Shown here in pieces: positions 52,698 to 63,094 of a stretch of DNA of 64,000 nt. A program made the translations under genes and the position numbers. This DNA is from Fistulifera solaris (Eukaryota), in contig AP026155.1 in NCBI GenBank assembly GCA_030295235.1, positions 124,001 through 188,000 on the forward strand. The letters run 5' to 3'. Every line of letters begins with the position of its first letter. Positions within the stretch are counted from its first letter, which is position 1. Under the pieces are notes generated by a model that was not told the origin of the DNA, did not search any database, and saw only the letters and a program-made list of their open reading frames with translations.

Positions 52698-52764
52698 CGA
52701 TCCTACACATAAAGCGGTTTAAAGAATACCATAACCTATGTAATGACAGTTAAACTTACTCAAA

Positions 52765-54034
52765 TTAGTATCCACCATTTCTAGTCAGGTTACGGGCGGT
52801 TCGGGCTACCCCCTTTTCAATGATCTTGTCGACGATTGCTTGCCGAACAAGGTTGGAATTTCTTTGCGGGCGACCTGCGCTTACAAGTTCCAAGTTTGCA
52901 GGCTCGCTTGCTGCTGGTCGGCGCCTACCTTGTGGGCTATCAAAGTAGGTGTGGGCCATGTCCTTTTGGTCAATACAAAAGTTATGTAGCCGAGCAATAC
53001 ACTGAATAAAAGTATAAATTCGGGTTTGTTTGATCAAGACCAAGGACCGAAGTACACGCCAGCGCGTCATCATACCAAACGCACATTCGATCTTCATCCG
53101 AAGCTGACTGAGAAAGTAATTGAAGTCGCTCTTTGATCGATCAGATCTCTGTGAGCCAGTAAAAGGAGTCAAAACCTTTGTTGAACACGTACGCACTATC
53201 CGCCACTATATATTTCCAATACGGTAGGTTAGCAACCAACTTTGGCAACTGGGTGCTGTTGAAGGCTCGACTATCACTGCAACTCCCAACCCCCCAGTAT
53301 CTATAAAGAGAAAACGAGATCTTTCATCGCACACAGCTTGTATGTTGACTCCGTACGAACTGTAATGACCAGAAAAATGAGCCATGGCCGTTTTAGTTTC
53401 CGAACTATAAGGAGCTCTTGTCTCTAAATGGTATCCATCGAGGCACCCAACACATCCACTCATTATTCCATGCGAGGAAATGTTCTTGAACTTCTTAGCT
53501 GCTTCGTCTATTTCGGTCGGAGTCGGGAAAATGTAGTTTCAGGGCGTCACATCTGACTATCGCCTGCATCACTTTATGGAGCAATCGGTAAAATGACTGC
53601 ATGCTGAGACCCATTTGATCGCTCACGTCGATGTATGACCCGCCAGCAAGCCAGCGTGAGGAGCATGTGAACCTGTACCTCAACTGGGATTGGCTTAGTT
53701 CCTGCTATCCCAGAAGAATAATGAACGGAAGGTGAGGCGAAATCAAGTCGACCAACAACAAAAATGACTGGATCTGCATCCTGTTCTTTCGGGAAAACTG
53801 TTTCTCGGATTGTCTCATTAGCCGTTGAACATAGAGATCCCAGTCCATACGCTCATAGACTACCTTGGGTTCTCTTGCTTTTAAAACAATACTGGCGGCT
53901 AGCATCAATTTCCTTAGGCTTTCTTTCGGAGCAACGTATTTCAACATTATGCACTCCTCCAGAGTTTTCGAGGAAACGACTGGTTTTGGTCGTTTCCAAT
54001 ACCTTCATAGGCTTCGCAGTAGAGAGCTTCATGG
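52765..54034 (-). pseudogene. Harbinger DDE transposase (DDE_Tnp_4), multiply frameshifted
   Basis: RMQIQSFLLLV, RWLAGGSYID, GCVGCLDGYH (D), NIQAVCD, YIVADSAY (D), FNYFLSQLRMKIECAFG (E), LHNFC. Confidence 0.9.
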
Positions 54035-54391
54035 TGTACAAATGAGAGAACATGAAGTTAAATAAATGGTCAAGCGCAATGCTAAAAACATTAGGCAAAA
54101 ATAAAAACAAGAGCAGCAACTTGCGATGAAATGCACAACGGGGGAGAAATGAAAGCGGTATTATTATTTAAGAAATTTTATGTCTGCTATGACATAAAGA
54201 ATGGTGTGCAGTTGCACAAGAAATGTGCACTGATAAGAAGGTGAGTTTTTGGGGCTTTTGCAATCCGATGGCAGGCCGGCGCGCGGTGTGCAGATGTGCT
54301 GCACATGTGCAGTGATAAGAACGTACCTAAATGATCAGGACCACTTCCTATATGATCATCTCTCCTGCATGTTGTCATCCCATTGGAGGCA

Positions 54392-57250
54392 ATGACGAAG
54401 AAAGAGGTAGTTCAAGAGAAAATGGCAGAGCAAAGAAAGGGGGAAGAAGCCTCTGCAGAAGATGAAAGCAAGGCAAATGAGAGCAGTACGAAACCTCCTC
54501 CATGGGATGTGGCGACAGTGGACGCATTATTTCCGCAAGCCGCCGCTCTTTCTGTAGCGGTGTGGTTACTTCTTGTCGTTCTTGTTACCACACAAACACC
54601 ACTCGAATATCACGAAATACTTCGAAACGAAGAACGAGTCGCTACATTTCTGTCTGCCGTCGTCATGTTTGTGACGCTTCTGGCGTTGCTGATGCCCTCT
54701 TTGCTATTCAAAAGTCCTACCCCAGCGGTATTGTGATTGCCGGTACCGCCGTCTGCTTTGTCGCCATGTGCACCAATCTACTCATGTGTCTTCGTCCCAC
54801 GGTGGTCGTTGTCGATCCGGTCACGAAAGCGCGCGTCTTTCTCCTCCGTTGGTGCGAATGGATACCACTTGGTGGTCTCATGACGTTCCTCTCCGAAGCG
54901 GTCTATGTGAGTGCCGAGACGGGAGGCATGGAGGGAGCTCTTTCTCGACTCTGTGTCAAACTCTGTCGATTGTCAATGGTATGATCTTTCCCCTCTGCAA
55001 CGATGTGGTGGTCTGGCGGTGCGTGTTTGTTTTTAGCTTCGTGACCTATACCGACATATTCCGTCGTGTATATATAAAACGAAAGGCCTATTTACAAAGC
55101 ATCCAAAAGAGTGAAGGCGTTCAGGATGAAAAACTACAAGATCAAGTCAAATTCGCGTATTTCCTTCTTTTGGCTTGCAGTATTGTGTGGTCGGTGCTGG
55201 TGGTTCTGTATTGTATCAATGTATGGATCCACACTCTGCCGGACTTGGAGACAAAATGGTATTACCGGGAGTCTCTCGCCATGATCGTAGATACGTCCTT
55301 TGACGTGCTGGCCAAGTCTGTCTACATGAAGTTAATTACCGATATTCATCAAGCGCTCTTCGACGAAACATACCAATGGAGAAAGCAGCTCACGGAAATG
55401 CGGCAACTGATCAGTGTCATGTGGGATTCGAGTTCCGATATCATTCTCATTTCAATTCGAACCAATCAAGCTTTATCGGCCATCTTATCACCGGCTTTCT
55501 TTCCGCTGGTAGGCGCCAAGCTGCCAGAATCGTTGCATAGAGGGGGCTCTGAAGTGGCGTTAATGTGTTCCGTCGACAGTTCGGGGCAAATTAAATGCGA
55601 CTATGTAGAGACAATTGATATACTCGTGGATCCACAACGCAATCATAAAATATTGCAGTGTGCCGAAAATCGAGAATCGGTATTGAAAGGGGCGAAAGAG
55701 CTTTTGAAATTGACTTGGAATTGCACAGTCGCGAAAGGAGTGTCAACTCCGTTGTTGGAGCATCCGCTTGACGGAGAAGACGGTATTATTCGACAATCGG
55801 AGATAAAAATATCATACTATTCTGAATCTGCCCGAGTAGGAGTCATTCGGGATGTTTCTGAACGGTATCTTCGGCTGGAAGCGGAACGAAAGGCGCACAT
55901 GGAAATGGTGGCGCGACAAAAAGACGCTCAAGCTGTCAATCGCTTCACCCGGCATGAAGTCAAGAATGGCTTATTAGAGGGGATTGAGCTATGTGATAGC
56001 CTTCGTTCGGCTGTGGAAGATCTTGTTGCTCAGGCCTCTATGGCTCCAACTCCGTCCAACTCAAGCCAGAGGAAAAGAAATGGCAGGGCTGGAAAAGAGT
56101 CCGATCGCGAAGTTGGTAGTCGCGCGGTCAGTGCTCTGACACGACGTTTTATCGAGGATCTTGATTACAATTTGCATAGCGTCTTGGACTGTGTTCTCGC
56201 CGAGGCAATGGCGAGAGACGTGGTCCATGGTGATTACAAGCCGAGACATGAAAGGATTGATGTAAAGGGAGTGCTTTCACATCCTGGACTTGGGATTGGA
56301 TTTACCGACAAATTCCCGATTGAAGTTTTGGGCGGGCCATTACCGTACGTAAGCTTGGATGCCCAACTGCTACGGCACATTCACCGAAATGCATTGTCAA
56401 ATGCATGCAAGTATGGCAAGGCAGGAGGGAAGGTTGTGACACAGTTATCTTTTGATTCACTTAGTAGGACGTTCACCATCAACGTGATTAACGAGCCGGG
56501 AGAGATGCATTCGAAGCTAGTAAGCATGGGAGAATCAGCAAAGGCGGCCGTCTTTCAACAAGGTGCTAGATTACACTCTCACTTGAACCTTGAAACTGGA
56601 CATATTTCTTCTGGCGATGGCGCATGGATCATGCAAAAATGTGCCAAAACACTCGACGGAGAATGCCAGATTGAATTTTTGGAAGACAAGACGGTATTTA
56701 CATTCTCTTGTCCGGCCCAGCCGCTCGTAGTAACGGATTGGAGCAAAACACAAGACTTTGAGGTTCCAACCAATACTTGGGGGTTGCGATTGATGATTCC
56801 AAAATTCAAAGACGGCTGCTGTCACGTATCTTCTTGTTCGCTGGCGTTCAGGAATCTAAAACTGTTGTTTTGGGGGAATCGTACTCGGAAGTAGCAGAAT
56901 TCAAAGAGAAGGTCCTTTCACTTGTTAAGGAATATCCCGACGATAGAATATTGATTCTGGTCGATGAAAATTTGGACTTTGGAAAAAGCAACGAAACGCC
57001 TCACGTCATGTCTGGATCGTTGTTGATGCAAGAAATCCTAAAATCAATGTCGCCAACCGAGGAGCAACATGTTCTTGCTCTAGTTCGGTCGGCAAACGAC
57101 TCGGCAGAAGAAACGGAACTATACTGCGAACGGACACATGGTTTCTTCCCCAAGGGTCCCTTACAGCGCGATCGAGTACGAGAAATTCTTGCTCCCCTGT
57201 GGGCCGATCGATTCATGAGAACCGACCTACAAGCAGCATCTTTATCGTAG
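54392..57250 (+). CDS. Hybrid sensor histidine kinase with an N-terminal microbial-rhodopsin-like domain (Rh, PAS-like, HisKA, HATPase, REC)
   Basis: LRWCEWIP (54847-54861) and FDVLAKSVY (K codon 55314-55316); FTRHEVKNGL (His codon 55953); NALSNACKYG; SSGDGAW; IDDS...LVDENL...RSAN...PK. Joining the ORFs requires frameshifts near 54713, 54940 and 56780. Confidence 0.85.
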
Positions 57251-57553
57251 ACTTCGGCATTGTGCGATAGGGCGTACATTCCGTGAGTGTTCGTTCGATT
57301 GCCTCCAGTGTATGAGTGAAAGCTTCTTCCCTACTCGTTTCGAGAAATCAAAAGTATTGGCAAGAATTTGTCTCCTTTCGCAATTTTTGCAATTTTCGTT
57401 CAAGTTTTCGCCGGTCGCCTAGTCAACCTTTTGTGAATGAAACACAGGCAATGCGCTCCATGGCGGGGGCTGAAACCTGGAACGGAATATATTGCTCGCA
57501 GCACTGACATATTGTGGAGCAGCACAGTAAAGCGTAATTAATAATAAAAGTAA

Positions 57554-57612
57554 GATTCTTGTGCTCAGTGTGTCATCGCCGATACAGGCTTGATTACTCT
57601 TCATTCAAAATC
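57554..57612 (-). promoter_or_regulatory. Candidate SECIS element (form II-like)
   Basis: Minus strand: gattttga-ATGA-agagtaatc-AA-gcc tgtatc ggc-gatgacacac-TGAG-cacaagaatc. The AUGA/GA core, apical AA and mini-stem are present, but helix II is short (9 nt) and imperfect. Confidence 0.45.
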
Positions 57613-57783
57613 CAGATTGGCCCAAGTTGTGTCGCTCCAACAAAGCCAGATTTGGTGTTTGTAGTCAAAAGAAGGGATCTACCCCGCTCGAGAGGGTGAC
57701 CTCCATTTCGTCATTCCTTCCGAAAAAAGGTAAATTTAGACCGTATCCAAGTATCAGCAATGAAATCAATTATTTACTCCTTC

Positions 57784-58165
57784 TTAGTCCTGTAAAAGCT
57801 CTTCGAGTCGCGTGACAATGGCTTCCCTCTCTCTCAACGATTCCGCTTTCCCTTGTCCTCCGTGTCGCTTCGAATGCAACACTTCACCCGTCTCAATGAC
57901 GGTCACTTCGAATTTTCCCGTCACCATGGGATCTTTCTTTCCGATCACAGCGACGCGATCAATTAGTTTGGGTTGTTTTGAAAGATAATCTTTCAAGGCC
58001 CGGAACTGTTTCCCGTAGCCTGTAATAGTTTTGATTAATGAAGCAGGACGTAAAAAGGCGGTCATGAGATTGAAAATGAATTTGGAAGGATTTTTGCAAC
58101 AAATTCATTTCCTCTTAGCCTCACCCGCCTCAATATTGCACTTGAATAGTAATAGTAGAGGTCAT
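57784..58165 (-). CDS. SelW/Rdx-family selenoprotein with a UxxU motif
   Basis: Exon 1 reads ATG..CAA TAT TGA GGC GGG TGA G, then intron 58020-58119, then exon 2 GC TAC GGG... The product is MTSTITIQVQY-U-GG-U-GYGKQF...TGKFEVTV...VLHSKRHGGQG. Confidence 0.85.
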
Positions 58166-58280
58166 TGTCCAATGAACAATTGTGATATGATGCAATGTTG
58201 TTCTAAATGAATGTTTGCACAAAGATACGAAAGGGACGACGATCGCGAATCATCGCGAGCACAGAAAAATCACTTGTGAC

Positions 58281-58303
58281 TCATGACTGAAATTCAGTCC
58301 TGA
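58281..58303 (+). promoter_or_regulatory. Palindromic motif copy 5
   Basis: tcatgactgaaattcagtcctga, about 115 bp upstream of the SelW-like ATG. Confidence 0.5.
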
Positions 58304-59369
58304 TATAACGTTTGCCTGGTCTACACTATGGGCAATACTAAAGACGCGGATCGTTTAGGTTCCTTCATTCCCTTGTCTAGAGGTGCATTGTAGATGCACA
58401 AATGCAATAAAAACAGAACCTCTTGTTAAACTTGTGGTTGGAAACAACTTATATCAAATTCAAGAAGAAGAAGAAGAAGAAAGCCTTACACTCTCTGTAT
58501 CACAAGAGCGAGAATGGTATGGGAGAAACTCATTCACGACTGCATTATAAACCCAGTCACGCCAAAGTTCGCTTACACCTTGGTACTATAGTCGCACGTA
58601 TGTCAGATACGGTAGTAGTAGTTTCTTTTGGCGGGGACGACGACGCGAGCACGCATGCTAATAAATACGGAGTACGGAGTAAAAAAGAGTCTTTGACTTT
58701 TTTGACCATGGCGACGACATCCGACCTACAACAATAGCAGCAATTTAAGTAGCTGTTCGATGATGATTCGACTCGGACGAACTACATTCCTCTCCTCTTT
58801 CGTGTAGCATCAGAATTTACGGCGTATAGCCGCTGCAAAGAAAGAGATCGCGCAATTCCTGCCTTTTCAATCATTTTAAATTGCTCGATCTCATCGTTTC
58901 AATTGACAAAGCCGTTACTGACTGTAGTATCATATGTGTTGCCTAACGCTGAACATGAGCCTTCCATCTGCGAATGTTGACTTTAATCATGTTACGGCAA
59001 AAATGGAGGGAGGAAAGGCAACTTTTGAGCCGTCAACAACTCCGTGAACGCAGTTGCATGCTTTTGTTTGTCACCCTCTGGGCAGCGAAGCGGAGAAGGA
59101 ACTGCCCCATGATGCCGCCGTATCACTATTTGTTCCGAATTTACCGTCAATGATGCCATAATCAGCCTGTTCCGGGCTTCTGATCCCTATTTATATTTTG
59201 AGAACCCTATCCAGGTGCCCAGAAGTCGTCGAATTCGAAAACGATTCTCGCGACGAAAGAAATAGCCTCGGAATTCCATCGACGAGAAGTCCATAGGTTG
59301 ATTCAGTTTGACTGATAAACCACAATCTCGTTCATGCATTATTCTTGCATAAAGAAATTGAAACTCATC

Positions 59370-61517
59370 ATGCCGTCCTTTGAATTGAAATGTATCAACA
59401 CCATTCGGGCTCTGTCCGCGGATCAGGCGGAAACGGCTGCGGCTGGACATCCCGGCGCACCCATGGGCTGTGCCCCCATTGCTTATCTGCTTTGGAGTGA
59501 GGTCATGAAGTATTCGTCGAAAGATCCGACTTGGATGAACCGAGATCGCTTCGTGTTGAGCAATGGTCATGCCTGTGCATTGCAATACTCGATGCTGCAT
59601 TTGACGGGTTACGATCTGTCGATTGAGGATCTGAAGCATTTTCGAAGTATCGATTCCAAGACTCCGGGACATCCCGAATCCTTTCAGACACCTGGTGAGT
59701 ATTGTGGCTGTGACCTGGCATTTGCAGTCTTGTCATCCAGTCATGTACGACACCTTACACGCTGTATTTTGTCGTTTTAATAAATATGCTAGGCGTCGAG
59801 CTTACGACTGGACCGTTGGGCCAAGGAATATCCAATGCTGTCGGTCTAGCCATCGCTGAGAGACACTTGGCCGCTCACTTTAACGAACCAGACATGCCTA
59901 TTTTTGATCATTATACCTATGTTCTCTGCGGGGACGGATGTCTACAGGAAGGAATTAGTGGAGAATCGGGATCATTGGCGGGTCACCTGGGTCTGGGAAA
60001 GTTAATTGTTTTGTACGACGACAACCAGATCACCATTGACGGAGATACAGCTCTCAGTTTCACGGAAGATGTACTGAAACGGTACGAAGCCTATGGATGG
60101 CACACACAAACAGTTATAGATATTGAAGAAACGGTTGGGAGTCTCCGAAAAGCTATTGAAACGGCGAGGAGTGTGACGGATAAGCCATCCATTATAAAAA
60201 TCAAGACGATCATTGGTTATGGAAGTCCGGGTAAGCAGGGCACGAAAGGAGTCCATGGTGCTCCGCTCGGAGAAGATGAGCTACGAAAGGCCAAGGAGTT
60301 TTATGAACTTCCTCCAGACGAGATGTTTTACATCCCGGACGATGTCCAGAAATTTTTCAAAGATGTCGCTGCGAAAGGAGAAACGAAGCGTAAAGACTGG
60401 GAGGACATGTTCGCGCAGTATTCTCACAAATTTCCTGACAAAGCCTCTGAGATTTCGCGCCGCATGGCTCGAAAGCTTCCTGAAGGTTTGTTCGATAAGC
60501 TTCCGACCTTCAAAGCTGGAGAGGATAAGGACATTGCGACTCGAAAACACAGCCACCAGATATTGGGTGCCATTGCGCCAAACATGCCAGAATTGATAGG
60601 TGGCTCAGCGGATTTGACGCCGTCCAATTTGACCGATTATGAAGATGTTATCGACTTTCAAAAGGACACCCCAGAAGGTCGCTACATTCGTTTTGGTGTA
60701 CGTGAGCACGCCATGGTGGCCATCTCGAACGGAATATTTGCACATGGTGGTCTGCGTCCGTATTGTGCGACATTCCTAAATTTTGCCGGCTATTGCGCAG
60801 GAGCTATCCGTTTGTCGGCACTTTCCAAATTCGGCGTAATTTTCGTCATGACCCACGACTCGATCGGTCTTGGCGAAGATGGACCAACACATCAACCGGT
60901 TGAAACGCTGGAAATGTTGCGTGCTACACCCAATCTGAATGTCTACCGACCGGGAGATGGGAACGAGACATCGGCAGCATATAAGAGCGCACTGGAGCAC
61001 ATTCATACCCCAACGGTGATTGCTCTATCTCGGTCGACGGTCAAGGCAATTCCAAACAGCTCAATTGAAAAAAGCTTGCAAAGGAGCTTACGTTGCCCAA
61101 GATGTCGATAACCCTTCCCTCATTATCATTGCCACCGGATCGGAGGTGGGACCATCACTTGAAGCTGCTTCTCATCTATCTGCCGAAGGTGTGCCCACGC
61201 GCGTCGTTTCGATGCCTTGTCAAGAGGTGTTTTTGGCTCAACCAGAATCCTACCAACGCGAGGTTCTTCCTGGAAATATTCCTACTCTAGCTGTTGAAGC
61301 TTCGGCCGTGCATGGTTGGCATCGCTTTTCTCATTCTTCCGTTAGTATAAGTACCTTCGGTATGAGCGGTCCAGGAGAGAAAGTCATGAAATTGTACGGT
61401 TATTCCGCAGAAAACATAGCAGAGAAAGGCAAGAAGCTCGATCATTTTTACAAGGATAATCCCGTTCCCTCTTTGCACAACCATCCAGACCCGTTCATCG
61501 TTAATGTACGCGAGTAA
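59370..61517 (+). CDS. TKL: Transketolase (no presequence, probably cytosolic)
   Basis: [41 protein letters not shown] and [16 protein letters not shown] motifs. Intron 59695-59792; frameshift near 61075. Confidence 0.97.
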
Positions 61518-61772
61518 GATTTAAACATGCATTAACTGTACTAAATCTTGCTTGGAAATTTTTCGTTGCATTAATGAGAAAGCGACTATTCATACTATCT
61601 CCTTTTGATATTTCATTGCTTACTGGGAGTCTCAACATCACTGTACATTTCAACAAACTATCGGAGGACCTAAATTAGGTGAACTTAACCCTAAATCGAG
61701 GATCTTTTCTTAACATCAATGGAAAGTGCAACCGTCCAAACCATCGCCCTCCGATACGTTTAGATTGCAAAT

Positions 61773-62717
61773 CTAGATATCTACGAAGGGAAACAAAGCA
61801 CCCTTGACTTGTCCTCTCCATTGTTGATACTTTGCCTGCTTTCCATACTTTTCAGCTTGTCGCTCTTCTAGTTTCTTTGTAGCGCCTTGCATGATCGTGA
61901 AAATTCCATACAAACCAACGGAACTTGCAGCCCAGCCTGCAATAGAATCACCAAAGCAACTTGCACCTGCTAAATAAAGACCTAACCAAAACAATACCTC
62001 TCCCGTGTAATTGGGGTGACGGGTAATCTGATAGACTCCCGTGGTCGGTCCTTCGAAGATTCCCGATTTCGCTTCTCCCTGCTTTTGCTTCAATGCGTAC
62101 TTTTGGAAATCGGCAATGGCTTCCATGATCGCTCCCACCCACGCTAAAAAAGACACCAGCCTGAGACAATGGAACGAGAATCGATGTTTCGGAAAAGTTG
62201 CTCATGACGTAGAGCAGTGGTGTTGTCAAAAAAGCGTAGAAAATAGCCAGGCTAATCGCGAAAGGGAAACGTTGCAAACGATCCCCCGAGTCGTCCGGCG
62301 GTAGCTTCTTATAGCTCGTCTGGTCTCGAAGGAGAAGAAAGCTACCTAAGCGAAGTCCATAGAAGACGGTAGCATAGGCCAGAGACGTAGGAAGAGCCGA
62401 AGACGTCTCTCCATACGTACTCAGCAACGTAACTCCGATTGCCGCCACCGAGAAGCCATAGGCAACACCAATTCCGTAGAGTTTTTGATCTGCGTTAACG
62501 GGACACAAACGGCACTGGCAATACACGTCAACGAGAGAACTCCATAAGGACCTGGTTGCAAATTTTCCGTGACCATAGAACTGATCTCGGCCGGAGACAT
62601 CAAATGGAGTGATGTACCTCCACGGACGTGCAAGGCAGCTGTATTGGGTGCTTTATTGACAAAAGCACTCACCAACGGAGCGCAAAGTAGTAGCAGTAGT
62701 ATTTTCGTGGCTTGCAT
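61773..62717 (-). CDS. DUF1295 / steroid 5-alpha-reductase-like membrane protein, probably plastid-targeted
   Basis: VSA-F presequence; YGLRLGSFLLLR, EAIADFQK and TRHPNYTGEVLFW motifs. Two frameshifts. Confidence 0.85.
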
Positions 62718-63094
62718 GTTATCGTTTTAAGGTTCTCTCAGGTTTTATGGCTTATTAAATGTGATGTTCGACGCCGTTTTCGCGATGTTGATGTTGATCG
62801 CATCGAACTATTTCGAAAAAACGCTTTGTTGCATGTCGGGCTTCTCATTCACCGCGTCGTTGCGGTTTTGCTATAAACCACAAATACCAAGCGAACCTAA
62901 CGTATAACTACTACGTACTTCATTGCTGCGATGGAGAAAGCCAAACATTATTATTAAATTGGAGACCACGTTAACCAAATAGAACACTCTAGTGGATCAT
63001 TATCTGATGATAAGTTCATCACATCGCATTTCAAAACTACACACCAAGCCATCAAAAGTCTTCCATCCCAGTCTGGGCTGCACATCATGCCTTC

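Larger units (their letters stand above)
50461..54327. mobile_element. PIF/Harbinger DNA transposon, full length (3867 bp)
   Basis: Left TIR GGCTTGTTCTTATCAGTGCACATGTGCAGCATATTTGCAC; reverse complement of the right end GGTACGTTCTTATCACTGCACATGTGCAGCACATCTGCAC. TAA TSD at 50458-50460 and 54328-54330. Two convergent genes inside. Confidence 0.95.

Noticed and set aside
58900..59330. TPP riboswitch upstream of transketolase
   Set aside because: No GCTGAGA...CCTGA consensus or matching stems were found.
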